Origin: Candidatus Cloacimonadales bacterium
GTDB taxonomy: Bacteria; Cloacimonadota; Cloacimonadia; Cloacimonadales; JAFGVF01
Direction of reading: 5' to 3'
Assembly: GCA_963678315.1 (NCBI GenBank)
Contig: OY782781.1
Coordinates: forward strand, 1,152,001 to 1,216,000
Length of the DNA stretch: 64,000 bases
The notes under the pieces: generated by a model
Database searches by the model: none
Told to the model about the DNA's origin: nothing
The model's input: the letters and a program-made list of their open reading frames with translations, nothing else
In this document: positions 29,489 to 40,516 of the stretch, piece after piece
How positions within the stretch are numbered: position 1 is the first letter of the stretch
Layout: each line of letters begins with the position of its first letter
Made by a program: the position numbers and the translations under genes

Positions 29489-30841
29489 ATGTTAAAAACT
29501 GATGTATTAGTATTAGGAAGTAGTGCAGGTGGAATGGTTGCAGCTCTCACAGGAAAGAAAATGAATCCAGATAAAAAATTCACAGTAGTAACAATTAATG
29601 AGAAGACACTTGTTCCTTGTGGTATCCCTTATGTCTTTGGTTCAGTAGGAACAACAGACAAAAATCTTATCCCAATTGACCAAAAGTTTGCTGGGGCAGG
29701 GGTTGAATTATTATATGATGAAGCTCTTGATATTATTAAAGAAAAGAAAGAAGTCACTTTAAGAAAAGGTGGAACTATTTCTTATGATAAACTAGTAATA
29801 GCCACTGGTTCTTACCCATACAAACCATTATGGTTAAAAGGTTCTGATTTTGACAATGTCTATGCAGTTCCAAAGAATAAAATATATGTTGATGCTATGC
29901 AAAAGAAACTAGCTGATGCTAAGAAAGTAATTGTTATTGGTGCTGGTTTTATCGGTGTTGAAGTTTCTGATGAGTTAAAGAAAGCAGGGAAAGACGTTCT
30001 TTTACTTGAAAGACTTCCAAATATATTAGCCTTAGCATTTGATGAAGATGTTTCAGTTAGAGCAAAAGAAATTCTTTTAAATAATGGCGTGAAAGTCCAA
30101 ACAAGTACAACAGTTAAAGAAATTATTGGTGATGATAAGGCTAGTGGTGTTTTATTAGATACAGGTGAAACAATTGAAGCGGATGCAATAATTCTTTCAA
30201 TGGGATATAAGCCTAACTCTCAACTTGCTAATAGAGCAGGTTTGAAGCTTAATGATGCAGGTTTTATTCAAGTTGATGAATACATGAGAACAAGTTATAA
30301 TGACATCTTTGCAGTAGGCGATTGTGCTTCAAAGGTACACTTTGTATCAGGTAAACCAGCCCCAATTATGTTAGCATCGGTTGCATGTGCTGAAGCAAGA
30401 ATAGCTGGACTTAATCTTTTCGGTATTGCAGCTGTAAAGACTTTCAGTGGAACTATATCAATCTTCGCTACTGCTCTAGCAGGTACAGGATTTGGAGTGG
30501 CTGGTCTTACAGAAAACGAAGCAAAAGAGATTGGTATAAATTATGTAACAGGATCTTTTGAAGGATTAGATAGACATCCTGGTGCATTACCTGATTCACA
30601 TAAGCAGTTTGTAAAATTTATTGTAGCAAAAGAATCAGGTGTGATACTTGGTGGTGAAGTAATTGGTGGTTTATCAACAGGTGAACTTATCAATACTATT
30701 GGTATCATGATTCAAAATAGAATGAATATTAATAGCTTGTTGACAGCACAAATTGGTTCACACCCTTTATTAACAGCATCTCCAGCTGGTTTCCCTATGA
30801 TAAAAGCTGCTGAAGAAGCAGTTTTCAATATGAGAAAATAG
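29489..30841 (+). CDS. FAD-dependent pyridine nucleotide-disulfide oxidoreductase (NADH oxidase/CoA-disulfide reductase family)
   Basis: GSSAGG, single redox Cys in VPCGIPY, IATGS, GAGFIG, FAVGDC. Confidence 0.88.
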   Translation: MLKTDVLVLGSSAGGMVAALTGKKMNPDKKFTVVTINEKTLVPCGIPYVFGSVGTTDKNLIPIDQKFAGAGVELLYDEALDIIKEKKEVTLRKGGTISYDKLVIATGSYPYKPLWLKGSDFDNVYAVPKNKIYVDAMQKKLADAKKVIVIGAGFIGVEVSDELKKAGKDVLLLERLPNILALAFDEDVSVRAKEILLNNGVKVQTSTTVKEIIGDDKASGVLLDTGETIEADAIILSMGYKPNSQLANRAGLKLNDAGFIQVDEYMRTSYNDIFAVGDCASKVHFVSGKPAPIMLASVACAEARIAGLNLFGIAAVKTFSGTISIFATALAGTGFGVAGLTENEAKEIGINYVTGSFEGLDRHPGALPDSHKQFVKFIVAKESGVILGGEVIGGLSTGELINTIGIMIQNRMNINSLLTAQIGSHPLLTASPAGFPMIKAAEEAVFNMRK

Positions 30842-30868
30842 CAGTTGATTTAGAGTGAAAATATACAA

Positions 30869-30904
30869 AAGCCGAAAGTAAAGTTTAAACTATACTCTCG
30901 GCTT
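30869..30904. terminator. Probable bidirectional terminator between convergent genes
   Basis: AAGCCGA.AGTA/TACT.TCGGCTT imperfect stem with A/T flanks. Confidence 0.6.
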
Positions 30905-30927
30905 ATTTATTTGTGTTAAGTTATTGT

Positions 30928-33900
30928 CTATTTCAGCAATAAACACTTTTTAGTTAATGTTTTAGAGTCAGTTTTTAGCCTATAGAAATAGACACCAGAA
31001 GCAACCTTCTGGTTATTATTATTTCTTCCGTGCCAAGTTATGTTATGATTACCAGCTTCAGTATGTTCGTTTAGAAGAGTTTTAACAAGTTGTCCTCTTA
31101 CATTATATACTTTTAGTTTAACATCACAATCTTTATTGTTATAAAAACTTATCGTTGTACTTGGATTGAATGGGTTAGGGTAGTTGTTGTATAGCATAGT
31201 AGGTTTTTCTGCATGAGAATAATCTTCAAAAAGTATTGGTTCATTGTTGTATATTGATTCTAGTAGTTTATTGCTAATAGCTATATGAGATTGCAGACTC
31301 TCAGGATTAAGTCTAGGATATTTACTCCTGGCCCTACTAGATGATTCCAGAATAGTGAAGCCAATATCAATAACAGCGTAACAAGAATCAATATAAGTAA
31401 GAGGGTCATCTACTACACTTTCGTAATAATCTATAGCTTCTTGGGCATAACCTAAGTCTCTATTTGTCATTGCTAAATTTCTTTGTAATGAGAGCTCTAA
31501 AGCAATGTCAGATGTATAATCTATTTCATTTATAAGCCAGCTCTTATAGATGTTTAATTGGTTTGTTGCTTTATAACATTTATAAAGACCTGTTATGGCA
31601 AGATATTTATAGCATGTACCAAGGGTATCACCATAGACATTAAAGTAACTGGTGATTGCTTGAAGATAATTACCGTTTCTACGATGTTCTTCAGCAACAT
31701 CAAACTCATTTTCTGAGTAATTTGAGTTCCTTGTTATCTCATTTAGTAACCAGTTAGTAAAATCAATAGTTTGCGAATCATTGAACTTGGAAATGAATAC
31801 AGATGGAGAACTGTTTCCCCACCAGTTTTCAGTGGCAGAAATTATACCGTTAGGTTTAAATGTTTTAATATTATAGGTCTCATTGGCAAAGTTACAATTT
31901 CCTTGTGCAAAGGTTACAGCAGACTCATATAAATCAACTCCGATATTATATTCAATAAAATCGTTATCAGATGTAGATGCCAAAAGTTCTGAATCATCGT
32001 TAAGAAGAATAGCAGTAGTATTCGATCCAGTAGAGTTAATGAAACTACATGCTTTCATACTAACTGAAGAGTTATATAACTCAACACCTCTTTGGTTGTT
32101 AGGAAAGTCAATATCTTCCAAAGTTATAGACGAACTATTGTAAATAGATAGTGCTTTATTACAATTACTAAACTCTACGTATCTAGCATGAAGGTTTGCT
32201 CCATTAAGTATCTGTATGCCTTTCCAATAAGAAAGCTTCCTATTATTGCATAAACCTTTCATCGTAATTTTATTATTAGGTAAAGCAAATATATCTAATG
32301 AACTGTTCACTGTTATACCTTTGTTGTGGTTTGCAAACAATTCTACTCCTGGTGCAAATTCTAGTTTATCATCGTCAACAATAACGTCTCTAGTTAATTC
32401 AACATTATTCCAAACAAAGTAGTCACTTTTTATTGCATCTGGTACTGGTTGTAAGAACTCTGAAGTACTTCTGCTGTTGTTACCCCTTTGCGACCACTGA
32501 ACAGTAAAGTCAGTGGTATAATTAGAGAATGTAGATTTTTTTAGATACAGGTTTTGATTATCATATATCAAATACACTAAATCAGTAATATCATAATAAT
32601 CGAAATGACCAGAAGCAATTGAGCTTATGTCCATAGAATTTGGAATATAAAAAGATAAGGTTTTCTCTTCATCACCATTGCTGTCTAGTGCTAAAACCTT
32701 GTTGTAGTTTTTCTCATAAGTGATAACATCAACAACTCCATTGTTATCATTATCAGATATTACAAATGGTTTTAAGAATCTATGATGATGATGAAACTCT
32801 AGTGCTCCAGGAATTCCTGTTGTCATCTGCCATTCTTCGTTTAAGAACTGTATAAAATTACCTGTTTCTGAATCTAATACTACACCATAAGTACTTAGTA
32901 TAAGTTCTATACCTGGATTGGAAATATCAAAATCTCCACCAAGCAGTAGTCCAGCATCTCCTGGGAATTCATGGTTCACTTGATACTGTTCAGGTATATC
33001 ATTAACATCAAAGTCCCACACTAATTCGGGAATGTCATTATTGAAGTTATAACAAAAAGCTTTATTAATGGTTCTTTGACCATTAGTACCGTATGGATTA
33101 GCTATTACATTAAATCCTATATTGTAATATAAATATGGGAAGTCAAAATCTTCTTCATCAGGATGAGGATTACTGATTATAATATCTGTAGATGAGAAAT
33201 TTACAATGGTATCATTAGAAAATGTTGTTGATCCACCACCCAAGCCACCAAATAGAGATCCATGCTCAATTTCAAAAGACCATCCTGCCGGTGCTCTCCG
33301 TGTATCAGGTGTTAAAGTTATTTTCATTGGTGCGTAGAACAAAGTTGTATACTCTATGTTATTCTCTTGATATGTACTATCTGGTCGAGTTACTACAAAA
33401 ACAACTTCATTATAAATCGTTGAATCTATGTTGGCTGAGGCAATTGTGGATAAAATTCTAAAATCATCACCTATACCTGTATTATAAACTTCATAGCCAT
33501 TAGGGGAAGACAGAACATAAGATAAATAACTTTGAGGATTTTGTCCTGTGATATAGTCCCCTGCGACAACAATATCTAAGATACCATCACCATTAACATC
33601 ATTAACTAAAAAGGATGTTATTTCATGAATATAGGAGGCAATATCCTGTTCCTCAACAAGAGAAAATGTTTTATCGAAGATTAAGACTTTGTTAGTTGCT
33701 GAAGTGTGTATGACAATGATTATTTCTTTAGTTCCATCTCCCTCTAAGTCTGCAAAGACAGGCTTGATAGGATATGCAGTACCTACTGAAATGGTTGATA
33801 AACTACCATCTTTTATTATACAAAGGTGGTCACTAGTTCCATTGCTCGAAATGAAAGCAATTTCATCAATTTTATCTCCATCTATATCTCCAGTTGTAAC

Positions 33901-35652
33901 CTCACTTTTGGGACTAGTGTTTTGAAGTGTAATTTCAGTATCAAAGTCACCTAAGTTTGCTCTTTTATTGAGTTTAAAATATAGGGTGTCTGTTACACCA
34001 TCAACACTTGTAATCAATTCAAATGGAACTTCTCCAAATGAACTTGAATTTATATCAATTAAGAATGGAGTAAGGCTAGTGCTATAACTTCTATTAGCTA
34101 TAGGCGCCCATGTTGATACTCCATTAACTATTACTACTTCAGGGTCACTACACCTTAGAGTGCCTGTTATTACCTGGTTACAGTCAAGCCACCAATTCTT
34201 AAGTGACAAATCAATCGGTACGCTAGTTTTTTGCATAGGTAAACTCTTATATCCTTGAACATCAACACTGTGCATTCTAATAGTAGGATGAGATGTTTCA
34301 GTAAGAGCATTATAGATATTTAATCTACCAGAACCATACTTACCCATTACTTCAATACCCGGGTTTTTTATGGAAATATCATCAGCAGAACCTATTACCC
34401 TATCTCTAACTTGTTCAAACGTAAGGCTAGGAAAGTTCTGCTTTACTAGGGCAATTGCTGAAGTAACCATTGGAGTTGCCATAGATGTACCAGACATATA
34501 TCCGTAAGTAGAATTAATTCCAACAGATGGGTCATGACATGTAAATGTAGTATCATTTGGTAGAGTCGAGTATATCTTCCGATTTATAATAGATGAGTCA
34601 CCACCAGGTGCTGAAATATCGGTAAAAAACGACTTATTGGAGTAATCTGTGACAATATCATTTATATTAGTTGCAGCTACTGCAATAGTGTTTGCTAATG
34701 AAGCTGGTATTAGGTCAATTTCTCTGTAATCATTACCTACTGCACACATAAAAAAACAATCTTGATAAGTAGAGAGATAATCAACAAAGTATTGTAATTC
34801 AGTAGTCGACTGTTGATCGAATAAACTCCAAGAACAATTGAAAATATTAATATTATTAACAAAGGCATTTCTGATTCCAATGGTTAAACTACTGAGGAAG
34901 AATTCATCTTCATTACCACATTTGACAGAATATAGTTCACAACCAATAGCGTTCTGTTGATAGTCACCACCACAAATACCATCAATACCTAAAGAATTAT
35001 TAGAAGTTGCTGATATTATACCTGCTATATGGGTCCCATGACCATATTCATCGTGAGGGTCATCAATAGAATACTCGGAATACTCTCCACAACCATGTAG
35101 AGCATTATATCCATGAGAACCTGTAGGGGATGTGTATATGTTTTGTATTAAGTCTGGGTGTACTATGTCAGTTGTGTGATCTGCACCTAAATCAATTCCA
35201 GAATCAATAACAGCTATTTTCTGATTGGTACCTGTCATAGTATAGTTGCTAGCTACTAAGTCCATTCCAATTTTATTAAGATACCATTGTTCTGGAGACT
35301 TATTGTTACCATCTAACTCGACTAAGTAATCAGGATGGGCATTTAAGACATTGTTTTTTGAAACAAAATCAAGAATCAACTGCTCCATATCTAAACTATC
35401 TTTGTACTCCATCAAGTAGCAATATCTAGTTGTATTCGTGTCTTGTATATCATATATGTCATATAGTTTGTTTATTTTGTAGGCTTGTGACATTAAATTA
35501 AACCAGTGTTGAGAAGTGTTAAGAGAATCACTAAAAGTGTGATTGACGATAATTTCTGTATCTGTTGCAAAAACAATTGCCCTGTCTCTAACATTTGCAA
35601 AAATACCCAAAACCATAACTAGTATTATGCATGATAAAATAACCTTTTTCAT
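30928..35652 (-). CDS. S8 subtilisin-like serine protease with FG-GAP-like repeats, beta-helix/TPR-like region and T9SS-type-A CTD
   Basis: VIDSG, HGTHIAG, GTSMATP; GDIDGDKIDE/DVNGDGILD repeats; NYPNPFNP...KCLLLK. Confidence 0.9.
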   Translation of the reverse strand: MKKVILSCIILVMVLGIFANVRDRAIVFATDTEIIVNHTFSDSLNTSQHWFNLMSQAYKINKLYDIYDIQDTNTTRYCYLMEYKDSLDMEQLILDFVSKNNVLNAHPDYLVELDGNNKSPEQWYLNKIGMDLVASNYTMTGTNQKIAVIDSGIDLGADHTTDIVHPDLIQNIYTSPTGSHGYNALHGCGEYSEYSIDDPHDEYGHGTHIAGIISATSNNSLGIDGICGGDYQQNAIGCELYSVKCGNEDEFFLSSLTIGIRNAFVNNINIFNCSWSLFDQQSTTELQYFVDYLSTYQDCFFMCAVGNDYREIDLIPASLANTIAVAATNINDIVTDYSNKSFFTDISAPGGDSSIINRKIYSTLPNDTTFTCHDPSVGINSTYGYMSGTSMATPMVTSAIALVKQNFPSLTFEQVRDRVIGSADDISIKNPGIEVMGKYGSGRLNIYNALTETSHPTIRMHSVDVQGYKSLPMQKTSVPIDLSLKNWWLDCNQVITGTLRCSDPEVVIVNGVSTWAPIANRSYSTSLTPFLIDINSSSFGEVPFELITSVDGVTDTLYFKLNKRANLGDFDTEITLQNTSPKSEVTTGDIDGDKIDEIAFISSNGTSDHLCIIKDGSLSTISVGTAYPIKPVFADLEGDGTKEIIIVIHTSATNKVLIFDKTFSLVEEQDIASYIHEITSFLVNDVNGDGILDIVVAGDYITGQNPQSYLSYVLSSPNGYEVYNTGIGDDFRILSTIASANIDSTIYNEVVFVVTRPDSTYQENNIEYTTLFYAPMKITLTPDTRRAPAGWSFEIEHGSLFGGLGGGSTTFSNDTIVNFSSTDIIISNPHPDEEDFDFPYLYYNIGFNVIANPYGTNGQRTINKAFCYNFNNDIPELVWDFDVNDIPEQYQVNHEFPGDAGLLLGGDFDISNPGIELILSTYGVVLDSETGNFIQFLNEEWQMTTGIPGALEFHHHHRFLKPFVISDNDNNGVVDVITYEKNYNKVLALDSNGDEEKTLSFYIPNSMDISSIASGHFDYYDITDLVYLIYDNQNLYLKKSTFSNYTTDFTVQWSQRGNNSRSTSEFLQPVPDAIKSDYFVWNNVELTRDVIVDDDKLEFAPGVELFANHNKGITVNSSLDIFALPNNKITMKGLCNNRKLSYWKGIQILNGANLHARYVEFSNCNKALSIYNSSSITLEDIDFPNNQRGVELYNSSVSMKACSFINSTGSNTTAILLNDDSELLASTSDNDFIEYNIGVDLYESAVTFAQGNCNFANETYNIKTFKPNGIISATENWWGNSSPSVFISKFNDSQTIDFTNWLLNEITRNSNYSENEFDVAEEHRRNGNYLQAITSYFNVYGDTLGTCYKYLAITGLYKCYKATNQLNIYKSWLINEIDYTSDIALELSLQRNLAMTNRDLGYAQEAIDYYESVVDDPLTYIDSCYAVIDIGFTILESSSRARSKYPRLNPESLQSHIAISNKLLESIYNNEPILFEDYSHAEKPTMLYNNYPNPFNPSTTISFYNNKDCDVKLKVYNVRGQLVKTLLNEHTEAGNHNITWHGRNNNNQKVASGVYFYRLKTDSKTLTKKCLLLK

Positions 35653-35662
35653 ATTATAAACC

Positions 35663-36655
35663 TCACTTGATAACTATTTTTTTTGTTATATCTTTGTATG
35701 CTTTACCATCTGTTAATCTACTCTTTACCAGATATACTCCTGATGATAGATTAGCTGGTAGTTTGATTTCTAAATTTGATGTTTTGTTATCTAATTTTCT
35801 TTGATTATAGACTAATTGACCTTTGATATTATAAATATTTACGTTTTGAATATATTGTCCTGATTTAGCGTTTAGAGATAAATCAGATTTAGTTGGATTT
35901 GGATAACAATGCATATCGAATTGTGCTAGTTCTAGCTCATTATCACTATTAGGGGTTGGGATAAAGTAGAATTCTAGTCTTGGGGCATGGTCATTGCCAC
36001 AAAGAATATTAGATGTTGAAGTGGAAAAATGAATATTATCACTTCTATCATCTAAGTCTGATTCTGTATCAAAGTGGATCATAAGCTTGAAGCTCTCCTC
36101 TTGATAATGGTCACGTGAAGCAAGATAGGCTTGGGTAATATCTACGCTTCTAAAACCATAGTCCCCGTCATCTGATGCATCTGTTAAAATACCAACATGT
36201 CTTGATTCAGAAGGATAGAAAGAACCAGCTAAATCAGAAAAATCAAAGTCAACCTCTGTAATTTTTACAGGTGGTTGATTAATACCAAAGAGAGGATAGG
36301 TATTGGACATATCATTGCCAAGAATTGAACCTCTAAACATCTTGAAGATAACAGCATAGACTGTTAAACCTTCTGGGATTTCAATAAAAGGGTATTCTTG
36401 ATACCATTTTTTCATTTTTTGCTCGTCAGTGAAAGCAGAGGCCACATCTCCAATAGATCTTTCTGGATTTTGATAATTATTAAGTAAGAAATAGACATCA
36501 TCCTGAATTTGATTCATATAATAGCATTGTTTTACGATTAGACGATCATTATCTGGATCTAATAGTTGGACGATAGTATTGGAAGTATCTCCAAATAAAG
36601 TTATAAATGTAAAACAAAGAATTAAAACCAAAACAATTTTCTTGTACGAAATCAT
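35663..36655 (-). CDS. Secreted hypothetical protein with T9SS-type-A CTD
   Basis: AAGGAG RBS before ATG 36655, signal peptide, VDIT...PRLEF pattern (DNRLRE-like), CYPNP...KKIVIK. Confidence 0.7.
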   Translation of the reverse strand: MISYKKIVLVLILCFTFITLFGDTSNTIVQLLDPDNDRLIVKQCYYMNQIQDDVYFLLNNYQNPERSIGDVASAFTDEQKMKKWYQEYPFIEIPEGLTVYAVIFKMFRGSILGNDMSNTYPLFGINQPPVKITEVDFDFSDLAGSFYPSESRHVGILTDASDDGDYGFRSVDITQAYLASRDHYQEESFKLMIHFDTESDLDDRSDNIHFSTSTSNILCGNDHAPRLEFYFIPTPNSDNELELAQFDMHCYPNPTKSDLSLNAKSGQYIQNVNIYNIKGQLVYNQRKLDNKTSNLEIKLPANLSSGVYLVKSRLTDGKAYKDITKKIVIK

Positions 36656-36724
36656 ATAAAAGCTCCTTGTTATCAAATAAGGGCTACTACACCGTGTAGT
36701 AGCTATAAATGCCTAACATGATTA

Positions 36725-36753
36725 ATTATGCAACATTATCTGAATTGTGTCAA
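36725..36753 (-). promoter_or_regulatory. Sigma70-type promoter
   Basis: TTGACA-N17-CATAAT. Confidence 0.65.
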
Positions 36754-36819
36754 GAAAAAAATAGACTGATATTCTTGAAGTAGATCGAGTAATTACAACT
36801 TAGGTTTTATTAGACAAAA

Positions 36820-36849
36820 CAAAAAGCCCACAACAAATTGTGAGCTTTT
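36820..36849 (-). terminator. Intrinsic terminator after C25 peptidase 3
   Basis: AAAAGCTCACAA/TTGTGGGCTTTT stem on minus strand. Confidence 0.75.
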
Positions 36850-36864
36850 AGATATTGTATGATA

Positions 36865-39800
36865 CTATTTCATAAGAATCATTTTCTTAGTATCAGTTTT
36901 AGAAGCAACTTTTAGTTTAGTGAAGTATATTCCGGAAGCAACTCTTTGATTATTAGAGTTTAAACCATTCCAAACAGCTCTATAAGTTCCAGGAGCTTTC
37001 ATATCATTAACTAAAGTAGTAACTTTTTGTCCTTTGATATTGTATATTTCAAGACTTACTTTCTCAGCACTTTTACTATTGATAGAAGGAACAGAGTATT
37101 CAATTGTTGTCTCAGGGTTAAATGGATTTGGGTAGTTTCCTTTAATCTCTGCCACTACAGGTAAAACTTCACTATCAGTGTTTGCTGTTGGAAGGTCAAC
37201 AACTAAATCATCGATATACCAACCTTCATCTGTAGTATAACCGTCTGCTGCAAAGATAAATCTGAACTTAACAGTTCCTGTCATGTTTCCAATTGGGAAT
37301 TCTGCAAGAGTCCATGAAAATGAACCAGAATATACTGGGGTGTAAGCAGGTATAGGGTTAGCATCGTTATCTCTTAATGAATAAGGATAATCGCCTAATG
37401 GAGTAATTAACATAAATTGGCCGTTATTAACTGACATTTCTACATAGCCTCCATCCCAAGCATAGTTTTGGTTCTGTATATCGCGTTCAGCTTTCATCCA
37501 ATGATAGAATTTTAAAACTGAACCTGGTTCTACGTTAAAGCTTGGTGTTTCTAAGTATCCGTAGGAAGAGTTAGCATAGTCACTATCTCCTTCACCACCA
37601 AATTTGATAGAAGAAGTACCATTTTCTGTATGGTTTCGGTTTGTAGAAACAGCCCATTGATTATTGCTTGATGGGGTAGGATCAACAATACTAAAGCCCA
37701 TTAAGCCTGATTCAAAAGTAAATTGGTCAACGCCAATAATGAAGTCATGATTTACACTTGTTGTGTTGTAGTGTGGATCTAAGACTAGAACTTGAACATT
37801 ACCCATAGCGCCATCTTGTACAGTCTCAGCTATATTGATAGTGAAGATATCATTTAACTCAACAGATTCACCTGGAGCAAGATTTGAGATATTGTAAGAT
37901 AGATGTGAAAATGTGATTTCTCCCATTGTAGAGAAGAACATTAAGCTAACATTATCAGAGTAACCTGAACCATTATTAGTAATAGTAAGATTCATAGGTA
38001 TATCCATACCTGTTTCAGCAGATACTGTTTCAGTAACTAGACTAAGGTTATCAACAACTAGGTTTGAAGCATTTAAAGTAACATACTTCTCGTTAACTGA
38101 TTGATTATCTCCGAAGTAACTAATAATTCTAACGGTTGCAGTTTCACCATCATCATGTCCACCTAAGTTCTTAATTTCAAAGATATCTTCAAAGTCGATA
38201 ACCTGGTTACCTGTCATGGTTCCAATATATAAAGAATCTTCGATAACTTCTATATTGGAGTTTTCACAGAATAGTTTTAAATAAACATCTTCATTGAGCT
38301 CATCTGAACCAAAGTTCTTAACAGAGAAGTCAAAACCAAGAGTATTGTTAACACTGAAGACTTCTGATTCCATGTTAGTAGTTACATTAACTGTTCCCAC
38401 AAAAGCTTGATCAGATTCAATAATCTCAATATCAATAGTTCTTGGTAAAGAATTTGGAGCTGTGATAAATAGTTGATATTCTCCTGCTAAGAGAGTTTGT
38501 GATGTAATGACTGCTATGTTACCTAGGAAATCTTTTTCTCCTGACCATAAGATATCATCACCATCCATAAGAGATACTTTAACATCATCAGTAGTAATAT
38601 CAAGCGGATAAGAGGATTGTCCCATTGTCCATACAGTTGAAATGTTTTCTTCTATCATACCAGGAGTATCAGTCCACAAGAGCATTGCTGGGTCACCAAA
38701 AAGAGTAGTTTGATAATAACACCAGAACATAGTAGGACTGTCCATTCTTGGGATATTATCTACTTTTGCATCATTAAGAGATTCACCTATGCTATAAATT
38801 CCTTCAGTAAATATTGCATCTACCCATTCTCTATGGAAGTATTGAGAAGCTCCATTAGTAGAACCTTGAGAACCCCAACCATAGCGACTGTTAGAAATCA
38901 TTGCCACTGCAGAGTTATCTAATGCTGTGAATTTTTCTGAGATACAGTCTTCAATATATTGACCTACTTCTGTACCACGGTTATCAAAAGCACCAGCATA
39001 ACAACCTTGAGAAAAATCAACTGAGAAGTTAGATGTGATACCATTATTGGTGATGTTTGAAGTTGTAACATAATCATTAGAAATACGCATATTGTAAGTT
39101 GTATTAGAGTGACCTAAATGGTTTATGTATGTAGGACCTTGATTTAAGTAAGGGAATAAATCATTACCGTTCCATGAACCATCACCGCCATTATCTCTAT
39201 CGTATAGTTTAGGGAATGTCCAGTTCTCTGGGTAACCAGTAGTTGAATAACCGTACATATTAGTATTACCAATGAGTTCATCCATGTAGTCACCACCATA
39301 AGTAGGTCCTTCCCAGAGCCATTCACCACACATGAAAGATGTAGTAACTTGATCGACTACAGGTTCTTCAGTAAATTTATAAATTTTATTTAGGATATTG
39401 TCTAATTCATTAACATTATTATAACAGATTCTACCTATAGCTAATTCAGGATAAAGGTCAGCATCCATTTCTTCGCCGAAGACGTCATTTCCATCATAGT
39501 CAAAGCTACCGTCTAAATTAGAGTAATAACAATCGGCAGGGATATCGAAGTCAGCTTGTGCATCATTATCAGCCCAAAATCCTCTATGAGGAATAACATC
39601 ATCATCACCAGCTAAAAGGACATAAGAAAGGTCATTAACGTCTTGTGAATAGTAATATTTGATATATTCTCTAATCTTGTCTTGTAAATCATCAAAGTCT
39701 GCATTGTTAGGTACATTGTTTGCTTGGATTGATTCAACAGAAAGAAGTTCAACATTTAGATTTCTTGCTTCATGATAATGTTTAATATCTTCAATCTGAG

Positions 39801-40476
39801 CTAAGTAATCTTGAGGATAAATAATAAGATAATCTATGCCATTATTTCTAGTGTTGTAACTAAAATTTACAGCTTCAGGATTATCAACAGATCTAACTAT
39901 TCTGTTATATATGTTTTTATTTTCTTTGTATAAATCTTGGCTTTCAGAAGCTCTTTGAGTGTATTCAGTATTTACAGAAATTGTGATTTCATCATACCAA
40001 GTTATTGTATTATTAGCAGGGTTATATTCAACAGCGTTTACAGCAAATGTTGCTATACTGTGACCAGCGATAAAGTCTGTTCTTAAATTCTTAACTTCAT
40101 TACCAGGAAAGCTCTTATCAAGAGAGTAGTATTCTTGGTTTGGCTCAGTAAAATATGATTCATCCATCTTAGATAAAGGGAATTGTTGTTGAGCTGGAAT
40201 TAGTCTATTTGTAAGTTTAATAGTGCTTTGTCCGCTTCTTTTAACTTGTACATTAACTGCTTCTTTACCAGAACCGATATATAATGATACTGGACTGTAA
40301 GTGATTGCAGGTTGGCCAGGTACACCATTTATGAATGTATTTTCTTGAACTATTGTTGCATATTCACCAGAGTACTTAACTTGTGGCTTGTCAAATGAGT
40401 ATGTCTTTGTTACTGTCGATGCAAAGACACTTGTTGCTAATAAAACTAATAAAATTAGAATGATACTTTTCTTCAT
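36865..40476 (-). CDS. C25 family cysteine peptidase 3 (divergent) with T9SS-type-A CTD
   Basis: GGAGG RBS, signal peptide, VLLAGD, IGRI, NHLGHS, SQGCYAG, LFGDPA; GWYIDD beta-sandwich; NYPNPFNP...KMILMK. Confidence 0.88.
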   Translation of the reverse strand: MKKSIILILLVLLATSVFASTVTKTYSFDKPQVKYSGEYATIVQENTFINGVPGQPAITYSPVSLYIGSGKEAVNVQVKRSGQSTIKLTNRLIPAQQQFPLSKMDESYFTEPNQEYYSLDKSFPGNEVKNLRTDFIAGHSIATFAVNAVEYNPANNTITWYDEITISVNTEYTQRASESQDLYKENKNIYNRIVRSVDNPEAVNFSYNTRNNGIDYLIIYPQDYLAQIEDIKHYHEARNLNVELLSVESIQANNVPNNADFDDLQDKIREYIKYYYSQDVNDLSYVLLAGDDDVIPHRGFWADNDAQADFDIPADCYYSNLDGSFDYDGNDVFGEEMDADLYPELAIGRICYNNVNELDNILNKIYKFTEEPVVDQVTTSFMCGEWLWEGPTYGGDYMDELIGNTNMYGYSTTGYPENWTFPKLYDRDNGGDGSWNGNDLFPYLNQGPTYINHLGHSNTTYNMRISNDYVTTSNITNNGITSNFSVDFSQGCYAGAFDNRGTEVGQYIEDCISEKFTALDNSAVAMISNSRYGWGSQGSTNGASQYFHREWVDAIFTEGIYSIGESLNDAKVDNIPRMDSPTMFWCYYQTTLFGDPAMLLWTDTPGMIEENISTVWTMGQSSYPLDITTDDVKVSLMDGDDILWSGEKDFLGNIAVITSQTLLAGEYQLFITAPNSLPRTIDIEIIESDQAFVGTVNVTTNMESEVFSVNNTLGFDFSVKNFGSDELNEDVYLKLFCENSNIEVIEDSLYIGTMTGNQVIDFEDIFEIKNLGGHDDGETATVRIISYFGDNQSVNEKYVTLNASNLVVDNLSLVTETVSAETGMDIPMNLTITNNGSGYSDNVSLMFFSTMGEITFSHLSYNISNLAPGESVELNDIFTINIAETVQDGAMGNVQVLVLDPHYNTTSVNHDFIIGVDQFTFESGLMGFSIVDPTPSSNNQWAVSTNRNHTENGTSSIKFGGEGDSDYANSSYGYLETPSFNVEPGSVLKFYHWMKAERDIQNQNYAWDGGYVEMSVNNGQFMLITPLGDYPYSLRDNDANPIPAYTPVYSGSFSWTLAEFPIGNMTGTVKFRFIFAADGYTTDEGWYIDDLVVDLPTANTDSEVLPVVAEIKGNYPNPFNPETTIEYSVPSINSKSAEKVSLEIYNIKGQKVTTLVNDMKAPGTYRAVWNGLNSNNQRVASGIYFTKLKVASKTDTKKMILMK

Positions 40477-40516
40477 CTATCCTCCATTTGGAATATATAT
40501 AATTACTAAAATAATA

